Of a DNA stretch of 64,000 nucleotides, positions 39,449-48,700 are shown one piece after another. The stretch covers positions 99,513 through 163,512 of the forward strand of contig JAFQHI010000026.1 of NCBI GenBank assembly GCA_017398045.1, in the 5' to 3' direction. Origin of the DNA: Alistipes sp. Its GTDB lineage: Bacteria; Bacteroidota; Bacteroidia; Bacteroidales; Rikenellaceae. The first letter of the stretch is position 1, and every line of letters starts with the position of its first letter. The notes beneath the pieces are model-generated. The model was not told the origin of the DNA. It saw only the letters and a list, made by a program, of their open reading frames with translations, and searched no databases. A program made the position numbers and the translations under genes.

Positions 39449-39699
39449 TTGCCTCTTTGCTCTTCTCTCTTTGCTCTCTCTCTCTCTCCTCTCTTCTCTC
39501 TTTGCTCTTTCCTCTCTGCTCTTTGCTCTTCTCTAATTGCTTGTGTTTGAGCGGTTACCCTCTGTGTATTGTATTTTTCTAAAAATTTCGAGGTTGAAAA
39601 ATTTGCTATTATAAATAGTAATAATAAAATGTTACCAAAAATTTAGAACGCTTGCAAAGTGTTAGAACAGAGCAATATACAAAGCTACAAATCGAAATA

Positions 39700-39711
39700 C
39701 CCCCCCCCCCC
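39700..39711. repeat. Poly-C12 tract in an AT-rich upstream region
   Basis: aaatac followed by 11 further C's. Confidence 0.8.
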
Positions 39712-39964
39712 AATCGCCAAAAATATTGTTCTAAAACACCGAAAAGTTATATCAAAAAGCCCTAAAACGAAACATTGTATTTGCAAATCGTAAGCAAAGT
39801 TATTTACTTTGTCGCCGTGTATAGTGCTGAATAGGCAAAGAGCAACTAAAATATTAGAACGATAAATTTAGTAAAGCGCATAAAAACAGCACAATATATT
39901 TTATATATAGGTAAGAAAAATATACTAAAATATTAGTTACGAATTATTACAAAGTTAGTAAATC

Positions 39965-40144
39965 ATGAAGAGAGGAGCAAAAATCTATCTTGTACCTCAA
40001 ACCGAGTTGGTTCGGGTACAGGTCGAAGGAACATTCGCGGCCTCGGATTATGAGCCGGGTGATGAGGTGGTGAACAATGGAACCGATATCAATACCGAAA
40101 ATCAGGTCGGTGGTGAGGATTTCGAAATTGGCAGCTGGGATTAA
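39965..40144 (+). CDS. Small 59-aa acidic peptide of unknown function
   Basis: MKRGAKIYLVPQTELVRVQVEGTFAASDYEPGDEVVNNGTDINTENQVGGEDFEIGSWD*; below the ORF-track cutoff; 31 nt before the pilin gene. Confidence 0.65.
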   Translation: MKRGAKIYLVPQTELVRVQVEGTFAASDYEPGDEVVNNGTDINTENQVGGEDFEIGSWD

Positions 40145-40175
40145 CCCGCGGTGTTTGACGAAAAAAGTTACAGCG

Positions 40176-42296
40176 ATGAAACGATATATTCTTTTTTGGA
40201 TGGCTACGGTTGCTTTGGTGTTGAGCAGCTGTACGAAAGACGAGACCGGTGAGGAGAACCCCATCGGTGGCAATGAAATTAACTTCGGCATGGTCGATAC
40301 GCGCACCATCTATGGTGAGCAGCAGAGCGACAAGAGCTGGCCGGTCTATTGGAGTGCGGGTGACCAAATCAAGATTTATTGCGCCCAGACCCCGCAGGGC
40401 AGTGCTGTCTATGCCACGGATGGTGACGGAAGCAGCCCGGCAGCCAATATTACGAAGACGACCAATCCGCTGACCTGGAACGAGCAGGGTGGTGTGGACC
40501 ATACCTTCTATGCCATCTATCCCGCTTCGGATAAGATTACGGTGGATGAAAACGGTATTGCCAATTTCCCCATCATCCGCAACCAGAAGGCTACGGTTGA
40601 GAATACAGATGGCTATAGTGCTAATGTGGTAGCCCAGGCTGATATGACCAACCAGTATATGGTAGCTACGAGTGCGGTGAATCCTGCCGATTTGACCGAC
40701 GGTACGGTGTGGCTGGGCTTTAAGCCCATTATGACCACGCTCGATGTGGTGATTACGGCCGCGGACGGGGACCAGAATAGTGCGAGCGCAGCACGTGTGA
40801 CGGGTATCTCGATTGCTTCGACCATTTCGACCAATTCGACGGCATCGAAAGAGAATTTCTACTATAATATCGCCGGTGGGGCAATTACTTCAAACGGTGC
40901 AACCTCTACGGGTTCGGCTACCGAGCAGACCGAAACGACCTTTGTTGGTTTGTATGATAAATCGGGTAATGCAACTTATGTCGATATGGCCAACGGCAAG
41001 ACTTTGACCATTACGGTTTTCCTCCCGCCGATGAGCAAGGAGGTGGCCGCACAGCTGGGTCGCAAAGTGAAGGTGCGTGTCCATGCTACGGGTAATACGG
41101 AGTTGGTGGCTTCGCTCAAAACGAATGATAAGGAATCGACCAATTGGACCACGCAGCTTGCCCCCGGCTCGAAGAGCCGAGTAAAGCTGCCCGCTATTCC
41201 GAATGTAGCCACAGCGATAGGTAACAACTGGATTACCCCGCTTGATGACAATATCTATGTATCGCAACTTTCGATTCCTGGTACGCACGATGCTGCAACA
41301 GGAGATGGTACATCGTTCTCGCTTGGTAAGACGCAAGACGTTGACATCGAAGGCCAATGGGAGATGGGTATTCGTTGCTTTGATATCCGTCCTCGTGAAG
41401 GTAGTGAGGATGATACTCAATTAGATTACGGAAATTCATTGTGGGTTAATCACGGAGCAGTGTCAACTTCGTGGTCAATGGATGCTATAGTTAAAACATT
41501 CAAAGCCTATCTGGAGGCAAATCCGGGCGAGTTTGTAATTGTGATTATGCGCCATGAGACAGAAGGTGATGACGATAGTGCGACTTGGGCTGATACGATG
41601 GCCGATGCTTTGGCCGATTATGCTTCTTTAACGAATGTTACCACGGGCGAGGGATTAACGGTGGATTTCAAACCTGATTTAACAATTGGTGAGTGTCGTG
41701 GTAAGATACTATTTATGATGCGTAGTTGGACCCCTTATACAGGTGGCCCAACGGTTGGTGGATACCATAGTTGGAGCCATGATGCTGCGGCTGTTCAATG
41801 CTCCATTTGGGGGCCTGGTAGTCCGACGGGAGTTTTGTATGTTCAAGACTACTATAATATCGATTTGGGTTTCACTATTTTCCCCAATTATGATAAAACC
41901 GACCACGAAAATATCTATAAAAAGCAGAACGCTATATGTGATATGTTGGATTTGTCGGCTAAAAGCCATACGGATGAGGCGTATAAAAATGCTTGGTTCT
42001 TTAACCATCTTTCTGGCTACTTATATTATACAATAGGCGATGTCGGTGCTTCAACGACGGCTGGATATCGCTATAATGCTCGAAACAATCATCCCGTAGC
42101 GTATAATTATATTTATAACAATAAAGTGACAATCAATGGTGTTACCCGTACAAAAGTTACAGGCTCGACTGGAATCGTGTTGATGGACTTTGTTGGTGCT
42201 GCATCATCAGATGGTGTGGCTGTGCAAGGAGACCTTTGCCCCCAGGCCATCATCGACAATAACTACAAGTATCGCATGAAGCGTAAGGGTGAGTAG
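40176..42296 (+). CDS. Lipoprotein: fimbrillin (type V pilin)-like N-terminus fused to a PI-PLC X-domain
   Basis: Start refined to MKRYILFWMATVALVLSSC (lipobox); TRT..W.AGDQIKIY and FYAIYPA pilin motifs; NWITPLDDNIYVSQLSIPGTHDA, KTQ, GIRCFDIRP, VNHG. Confidence 0.78.
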   Translation: MKRYILFWMATVALVLSSCTKDETGEENPIGGNEINFGMVDTRTIYGEQQSDKSWPVYWSAGDQIKIYCAQTPQGSAVYATDGDGSSPAANITKTTNPLTWNEQGGVDHTFYAIYPASDKITVDENGIANFPIIRNQKATVENTDGYSANVVAQADMTNQYMVATSAVNPADLTDGTVWLGFKPIMTTLDVVITAADGDQNSASAARVTGISIASTISTNSTASKENFYYNIAGGAITSNGATSTGSATEQTETTFVGLYDKSGNATYVDMANGKTLTITVFLPPMSKEVAAQLGRKVKVRVHATGNTELVASLKTNDKESTNWTTQLAPGSKSRVKLPAIPNVATAIGNNWITPLDDNIYVSQLSIPGTHDAATGDGTSFSLGKTQDVDIEGQWEMGIRCFDIRPREGSEDDTQLDYGNSLWVNHGAVSTSWSMDAIVKTFKAYLEANPGEFVIVIMRHETEGDDDSATWADTMADALADYASLTNVTTGEGLTVDFKPDLTIGECRGKILFMMRSWTPYTGGPTVGGYHSWSHDAAAVQCSIWGPGSPTGVLYVQDYYNIDLGFTIFPNYDKTDHENIYKKQNAICDMLDLSAKSHTDEAYKNAWFFNHLSGYLYYTIGDVGASTTAGYRYNARNNHPVAYNYIYNNKVTINGVTRTKVTGSTGIVLMDFVGAASSDGVAVQGDLCPQAIIDNNYKYRMKRKGE

Positions 42297-42794
42297 TTGG
42301 GGTGTAAGGCTTGCCGGCTAAAGTATCTTAAGGGAGCTTAAGGGGGCTTAAGGAATTTTTCCAGTCGTCTTTAAGCAACTTTCAGTAACCTTAAGCAACC
42401 TTGACCGACCTATGCAAGCGAGCCGACGGTAAACAACCCTACAAGGCTTATTTGAAGCGTAAGGGCGAGTAGTTGGGGTGTAAGGCTTGGCGGTAAAGTA
42501 TCTTAAGGGAGTTTAAGGGGACTTAAGGATTTTTTCCTGTCGTCTTTAAGCAACTTTCAGTAACCTTAAGCAACCTTAACCGACCTATGCAAGCGAACGG
42601 ACGGTAAACAACCCTACAAGGCTTATTTGAAGCGTAAGGGCGAGTAGTTGGGGTGTAAGGCTTGCCGGTAAAGTATCTTAAGGGAGTTTAAGGGGGCTTA
42701 AGGAATTTTTCTTGTCGTTTTTAAGCAACTTTCAGTCACCTTAAGCAACCTTAACCGACCTATGCAAGCGAGCTGACGGTAAACAACCCTACAA
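42263..42794 (+). repeat. Three tandem 175-176-bp units starting inside the 3' end of the pilin-PLC gene
   Basis: ctacaa at 42263, 42439, 42614, 42789; tgaagcgtaaggg[tc]gagtag at 42277, 42453, 42628. Confidence 0.92.
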
Positions 42795-42941
42795 CCTGCC
42801 CGCAACCCCAAAAAGATGACCGAGGGTTACCCATCGGCCCTGCGGTCGCTTTTTGAACCTATTTTATTTCGGTTGATCGGCGAAGTGCAGTCGGAGGCCT
42901 ACGGCTGTATCGGAGCAATCAACATATCCTCTCTTTTTTCG

Positions 42942-42985
42942 GAACGAACCGCCTCTCTCTCTCTTCGCGGTTCGTTCTTTTTTTT
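42942..42985 (+). terminator. Intrinsic terminator
   Basis: gaacgaaccgc / gcggttcgttc plus T8. Confidence 0.7.
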
Positions 42986-43000
42986 GTGGGGCGCGGTTGT

Positions 43001-43098
43001 AAAGTCCCTTAAGGGAGCTTAAGGTTACTTAAGGTTGCTTAAGGGGAGGTCTTTAAGGTACTTTAAGCACCCTTCAGTATCTTTAAGGCACCTTAAAA
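43001..43098 (+). repeat. Left flanking 10-mer array/direct repeat of the four-helix-bundle gene
   Basis: 43019-43098 matches 43799-43878 at 78/80 positions. Confidence 0.9.
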
Positions 43099-43108
43099 AA
43101 AGAAAAAT

Positions 43109-43139
43109 TTTGCAAAAAGCGTGAAAAGGAGTACCTTTG
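43109..43139 (+). promoter_or_regulatory. Bacteroidetes promoter (-33 TTTG, -7 TACCTTTG) of the four-helix-bundle gene
   Basis: TTTG at 43109 and TACCTTTG at 43132-43139. Confidence 0.65.
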
Positions 43140-43160
43140 AGTCTATTAAAGTGGTTTTTT

Positions 43161-43709
43161 ATGGCAGGTTTGGTCCCTAACCGAGGTAATTATCGGCAAC
43201 TGTTATGTTATCGCAAAGCAGAGGCAATCTATGATATTACCTATCATTTCGTGATGCATTTTGTGGAACATGGTGACCGAACTCGCGACCAAATGGTGCA
43301 GGCGGCACGTTCGGGGAAACAAAATATCGCAGAGGGGTACGCGGCCGGTGCGACCTCGAAAGAGACGGAACTCAAGTTGCTTAATGTGGCTAAGAGTAGT
43401 TTGAATGAGTTGTTGGAGGATTATTTGGACTATTTGCGCACACGTCGGTTGCGTCGCTGGGAGGAGTCGAGTGTCGAAATGAAACGCGCGCAGGAGTTGG
43501 GCAAGGAGCATAACGATACCGAGTTTTGGATGTCGATTGTGGAAAATCGTGGCGATGAAACCGTTGCCAATATAGCTATCGTGTTGCTCTACCAGGCCGA
43601 CTATTTGATATATAAGTATATTCAGTCGGTCGAGGCTCGTTTCCTGGAGCAGGGCGGTTTCCGTGAAAAACTCTCCATGGAGCGTCGTCGCGCGCGAGGA
43701 CAGAAGTAA
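43161..43709 (+). CDS. Four-helix-bundle protein (TIGR02436-like, with suffix domain)
   Basis: Start refined to ATG 43161; GNYRQLLCYRKAEAIYD, DRTRDQMVQAARSGKQNIAEG, VAKSSLNELLEDYLDYL, FLEQGGFREKL. Confidence 0.85.
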   Translation: MAGLVPNRGNYRQLLCYRKAEAIYDITYHFVMHFVEHGDRTRDQMVQAARSGKQNIAEGYAAGATSKETELKLLNVAKSSLNELLEDYLDYLRTRRLRRWEESSVEMKRAQELGKEHNDTEFWMSIVENRGDETVANIAIVLLYQADYLIYKYIQSVEARFLEQGGFREKLSMERRRARGQK

Positions 43710-43717
43710 GAAAGAGC

Positions 43718-43896
43718 CTTAAAGTTTCTTAAGGGAGCTTAAGGTTGCTTAAAGTTTCTTAAAGTTTCTTAAAGTTGCTTAAAGTTACTTAAGGTTACTT
43801 AAGGTTACTTAAGGTTGCTTAAGGGGTGGTCTTTAAGGTACTTTAAGCCCCCTTCAGTATCTTTAAGGCACCTTAAAACTCACCTTAAAACTCACC
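43718..43896 (+). repeat. Right flanking 10-mer array/direct repeat
   Basis: About 10 units of CTTAA[AG]GTT[ATG]-type, then the 80-bp block shared with the left flank. Confidence 0.9.
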
Positions 43897-43921
43897 CTTT
43901 TCCGCTTTTTTCTTTGGAAAA

Positions 43922-43953
43922 TTTGTTTTTCGCAAAAACATTATCTACCTTTG
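43922..43953 (+). promoter_or_regulatory. Promoter of rpmE
   Basis: TTTG (43922) and TACCTTTG (43946-43953). Confidence 0.65.
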
Positions 43954-43993
43954 TCCCGCTTAAGCAAATAACACATTAAAAACAAAAACGCAA

Positions 43994-44263
43994 ATGAAAA
44001 AGGGTATTCATCCGGAGAATTATCGTTTGGTGGCATTCAAGGATATGTCGAATGACCACGTGTTTTTGTGTCGGTCCGCCGTTTCGACGAAAGAGACTAT
44101 TGAGGTGAACGGCGAAACCTATCCCGTGTATAAGATGGAAATCTCGAACACGTCGCACCCGTTCTACACGGGTAAGATGAAGCTCGTAGATACCGCCGGT
44201 CGCGTCGATAAGTTTATGAGCCGCTACGCAAAGCGTTACGATAAGAAGAACGCTGCGAAGTAA
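43994..44263 (+). CDS. rpmE: 50S ribosomal protein L31 (type B)
   Basis: MKKGIHPENYRLVAFKDMS...EISNTSHPFYTGK...AGRVDKF. Confidence 0.96.
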   Translation: MKKGIHPENYRLVAFKDMSNDHVFLCRSAVSTKETIEVNGETYPVYKMEISNTSHPFYTGKMKLVDTAGRVDKFMSRYAKRYDKKNAAK

Positions 44264-44280
44264 TTTTCGTCAGCCGAGTG

Positions 44281-44311
44281 AGTGGGTCGCCAAAGGGTGA
44301 CCCACTTTTTT
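44281..44311 (+). terminator. rpmE terminator
   Basis: agtgggtc / gacccact plus T-run. Confidence 0.75.
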
Positions 44312-44380
44312 GTGCGGTGAAATGCTGAATGTTGAATTTTATTTCGTACCTTCGTCCTTGATTTTAACCATCAAACCATT

Positions 44381-45247
44381 ATGAAGCAACTTTTTTACCT
44401 CTTGTTGGCGGCGGTGATGACCCTGCCGTCGTGTGTGTCGAAGCAGGTGGCCCTCGAAACCGAGTCGCAGCGCGATTCGTTGGCACAGGTGGTGCGCACG
44501 AAGGACTCGCTTATCGAGACCGTCTTTGCCGACATCAACGCCATCAGCGATAACCTGGCCCGCATCAAGGCGCGTGAGAATATCATCACGGCCGTGGACC
44601 CCGAGGGTATTCGTCGTCCCCTCGACCAAATCAACAGCGACATTGCCGCCATCGACGAACTGATGCAGGAGAACCGTGAGCGTTTGGCCGGCATGGAGCG
44701 CACGGCCAAGCAGTTGCGCCAGGCAAACGTGCGTATCAAGAGCCTGGAGCATCTGATTTCCGACCTCAATGGTCAGCTCGACGAGAAGAACAGCGAGATT
44801 TCGCAACTCCGCACCCGCGTGGCCGAGATGAGCGTCGAGGTCGAGGAGCTGGAGACGAAGCTCGAGGAGGAGATTGCCGTGCATCGCCAGGAGGTCGATT
44901 CGCTGGTACAGGACAACACCTCGCTCGATGAGCAGCTGCACGCCGTCTATTATATTGTCGGTCAGGAGAAAAAACTGCGCGAGGCGCAAATCATCGACAA
45001 GCGCGGCTTTATCGGTCGCACCCTTACGACGGCCGAGAACAACAGCCTGGAGTTCTTCCTCAAGGTCGATTCGCGCGAACTGCTCGAGGTGCCGATTCGC
45101 CAAAAACGTGTCACCATTGTTACCTCCCACCCCGAAGGCTCATATCAGCTTATCGAGGCCGAGAATAAGGTGGTGCTGAAGTTGGTCATCACCGACCCCG
45201 TTCGCTTCTGGGAGGCGTCGAAGGTGCTGATTGTAAGCTATAAGTAG
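44381..45247 (+). CDS. Coiled-coil lipoprotein of unknown function
   Basis: Lipobox LPSC, long heptad region, C-terminal ITDPVRFWEASKVLIV. Confidence 0.75.
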   Translation: MKQLFYLLLAAVMTLPSCVSKQVALETESQRDSLAQVVRTKDSLIETVFADINAISDNLARIKARENIITAVDPEGIRRPLDQINSDIAAIDELMQENRERLAGMERTAKQLRQANVRIKSLEHLISDLNGQLDEKNSEISQLRTRVAEMSVEVEELETKLEEEIAVHRQEVDSLVQDNTSLDEQLHAVYYIVGQEKKLREAQIIDKRGFIGRTLTTAENNSLEFFLKVDSRELLEVPIRQKRVTIVTSHPEGSYQLIEAENKVVLKLVITDPVRFWEASKVLIVSYK

Positions 45248-45287
45248 CCAAGACGAATCGTTTTTTTATCGACGAATTAAAGCCAAA

Positions 45288-45332
45288 TGACGCGGGTGTC
45301 CGACAAGTTTCGGACGCCCGCGTCACTTTTTC
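45288..45332 (+). terminator. Intrinsic terminator
   Basis: tgacgcggg[t/c]gtccga stem plus T-run. Confidence 0.7.
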
Positions 45333-45738
45333 ATTGTAAAAGCCATGTGTGGGCGAGGTGCGCACCGGACGGGCAAAAGGGGTCGCCGCGCGGTCTCCAA
45401 AAGGGGGGGGATTATATTATAAGGTATGGCGCAAAGGGTGCGTCGATGTTTTGAAAAAGTGCAAGCCAACGCTTGGGGCATTTTGCAATGAATTGACTAA
45501 TGCGGCGGGCGATGTTAAAAAATTATAAGAATGTCGGACTCCCGACCGGTTCGGCTATCAATTTTATATCCGCTTTCAGCAACTCTGTAGAGCCGTTTTT
45601 GGTCAATATGGGTAAAAAACAGCCCGATTTATTTGCAAATAGGAAAAAATTAGAATAATTTTGTTTAATAAATGTGGCTATATGCGCACATGTTTACCAA
45701 AACAGCAAACAACCACTTATTAACTAAAAACTTTTACA

Positions 45739-48700
45739 ATGAAAAACTTTACGCTCAAGTTTGTCCTGACCGTAGTGTTGGGATGGTGCTTCGCCTTCGC
45801 GGCTGAGGCACAGACTGTGCGAGGAGTCGTGAAAGACGCAGCAGGCGAGCCGGTAATCGGTGCAGCCGTGATTGTGGAAGGCACAACTCTGGGTGCAAGT
45901 ACGGGTGTGGACGGTTCGTTCACGCTGAATGTACCTGACGCAAAGAACAACGTGCTGGTTGTATCGTACATCGGTATGACCGAGAAGCGCGTAGCCGTTG
46001 CCGGCAAGACCTCGGTTGAGGTGGTCCTCGAGGAGGATGCCACGGGTATCGAGGATGTCGTGGTGATTGGTTACGGTACGGTGAAGCGTCGTGATTTGAC
46101 CGGTTCGGTGGCCTCGGTAACGGGTGAGAAGCTCGCTGCCAACCCCGTATCGAACATTGCCGAGGCACTTCAGGGTCAGCTCCCCGGTGTGCAGGTAACC
46201 TCGCAGGACGGTCGTCCGGGCGGTTCGGTGTCGATTCGCGTGCGTGGTGGCGGTTCGATTACGCAGTCGAACGAGCCGCTCTTCATCGTGGATGGTATCC
46301 AGGTGAGCGATATCTCGGATATCCCGGCCGACAACATCGAGTCGATGGACGTGCTGAAGGATGCTGCTTCGACGGCTATCTATGGTGCGCGCGGTGCTAA
46401 CGGTGTTATCCTTATCACGACCAAGGGTGGTCAGAAGGACCAGCGTCTGAAGGTGAACTACAACATGTACTATCAGCTGCGCACGCTGGCCGATGTACAG
46501 GATGGTATGAACGCCTACGACATGGTTTATTCGACCTGGAGCTATGCTACGGCTTACGGTGAGACCTACGCCGACAACGTGGCTACCTACTATGGTCTGG
46601 GTTCGAAGTATGGCAACCACCTCAATGAGTACAAGAACATGGCCGTTCACAACTATGCCGACGATATCATGCAGACGGCTACGGCTTGGAACCATGACCT
46701 GTCGCTCAGCGGTGGTAACGACAAGACGCAGTACTATGCAGCTGTGAACTACACCGATGGTGAGGGTGTTCGTGTCAAGTCGGGCTATCGCCGTTGGGGT
46801 GCCAACGTGAAGTTGGTGCAGAAGCTGGCCAAGACCTTGACCTTCAATGCCGACCTCCGTTACTCGGATGTACGCACCGACGGTGCGCAGTACGGTACGG
46901 CTTCGACCGCTTTCCGTTTCCGTCCGATTGACAACCCGCTGGGTTCGGGCATCGCTGCCGACCTGGGTATGGGTTCGTCGAACGTGGAGGATGTGAACAA
47001 TCCGGTGAATATCATCGATAACTACACGACCTATCGCTTCCACCAGCGCATCCGCGCCGCTTCGGGTCTGACGTGGCAGCCCTTCAAGGGTATGACGGCC
47101 AAGACCGAGCTGTCGCTGAGCCGCAACTGGTCGGAGACGCAGGATTGGGATGCCGGTTTGCAGAATGGTTACAGCACGGCCAAGCTCAGCAAGAGCGACG
47201 GCTATGGTGTTCGTTGGGCTACGACGTTGAACTATGAGGTTCAGGGTCTGGGTGACGACCACTCGCTGACGATTCTTGCCGGTAACGAGGTGCTCTCGTC
47301 GAAGTCGAACTCGTCGTCGATTACCGGTGCCGGTTATCCTTCGGAGTTTACGATGGAGGACGCTTTCGGTATGATTAACATGACCGATTCGTCGCTGGGT
47401 AAGGATGGCTTCTCGGCTAATATTGGTACGCCGAACCACACCTTGTCGTGGTTTGGTCGTGTAAACTACTCGTACAAGGGTAAGTATCTGTTGACCGCTA
47501 CGTTCCGTGCCGACGGTTCGTCGAAGTTCGCCCCCAACAACCAGTGGGGTTACTTCCCCGCAGCTGCTGCCGCATGGCGCATCTCGGATGAGCCGTTCAT
47601 GGAGAACACGCGCGATTGGCTCGACAACCTCAAGCTTCGCGTATCGTACGGTACGTCGGGTTCGGATAACATCAGCGCATCGCTGTGGCAGTCGACCTGG
47701 AATTCGGGTACGGTAACCATCGACGGTGTGGTAACGCCGGTTTACAACCCGGGTTCGATGAAGGCTAACCCCGACCTGATGTGGGAGACCACCACGTCGC
47801 GTAACGTCGGTGTTGACTTCAGCTTCTGGAATGGTCGCCTGCGTGGTGCTATCGACGCTTACTGGAATTCGACGGACGATATCCTGATGAAGATGCCTAT
47901 CGATGCATCGTCGGGTTATTCGTATCAGTTCCAGAATGCCGCCAAGACCTCGAACAAGGGTATTGAGGTTGGTTTGAACGCAGACCTCGTTCGTAAGAAG
48001 GATTTCAACCTCTCGCTGAACCTGTCGTACAGCTACAACAAGAGCAACATCGACGAGTTGGACGAGAATGCACTGGCTGACGTACACACCGGTTGGGGTT
48101 CGTCGATGCGTATGCCGTACTACGACTACATCATCCGCGAGGGTCAGCCGATTGGTTTGATTCAGGGTTATGTATCGGATGGCTACTATACGATTGACGA
48201 CTTCAACGTAGGTGCTGATGGCTCTTATACGCTGAAAGAGGGTGTGCCTGACAATACGGCCGCTTCGACCTATCCGCAGAGCCTGCGCGACAACTTCAAG
48301 ACCCCGAAGGGTCAGAACGCCTTCCCGGGTATGGTGAAGTTTAAGGATGTTGATGGCGACGGTACGGTAACGAGTGATGACGTGGACGTAATCGGTGAGA
48401 CCCTTCCCAAGCACACGGGTGGTTTCACGCTCAGCGGCCGCTGGAAGAACCTCGACTTTGCTGCTGCCTTCACGTACCAGATTGATGGTAAGGTGTACAA
48501 CGCTACGGCTATGCACGCCATGATGGCCAACAAGGATACGAGCTTCGGTCAGAACCGTCTTGCCTTCATCGGTGATACCTTTAAGTATTATGCTCCCGAT
48601 GCAAGCGGCGACCTCCGTTTCGTAAGCGACCCCGCCGAGCTGGCCGAGCTGAACAAGACGACGAAGTATGCTTCGTTCATGAACGAGTATGGTCTGACGA

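Noticed and set aside
42263-42794. CRISPR array
   Set aside because: Whole 175-bp units are repeated with no unique spacers, and no cas genes are present.
42816-43022. 68-aa ORF between the triplication and the four-helix-bundle cassette
   Set aside because: It spans hairpins, a terminator and the repeat array; no protein-like features.
43137-43160. ORF-track upstream starts (43137, 40077, 51806, 36321, 35141, 31133, 14086)
   Set aside because: Extensions overlap promoters, repeats or neighbouring features; downstream ATGs give family-typical N-termini or signal peptides.
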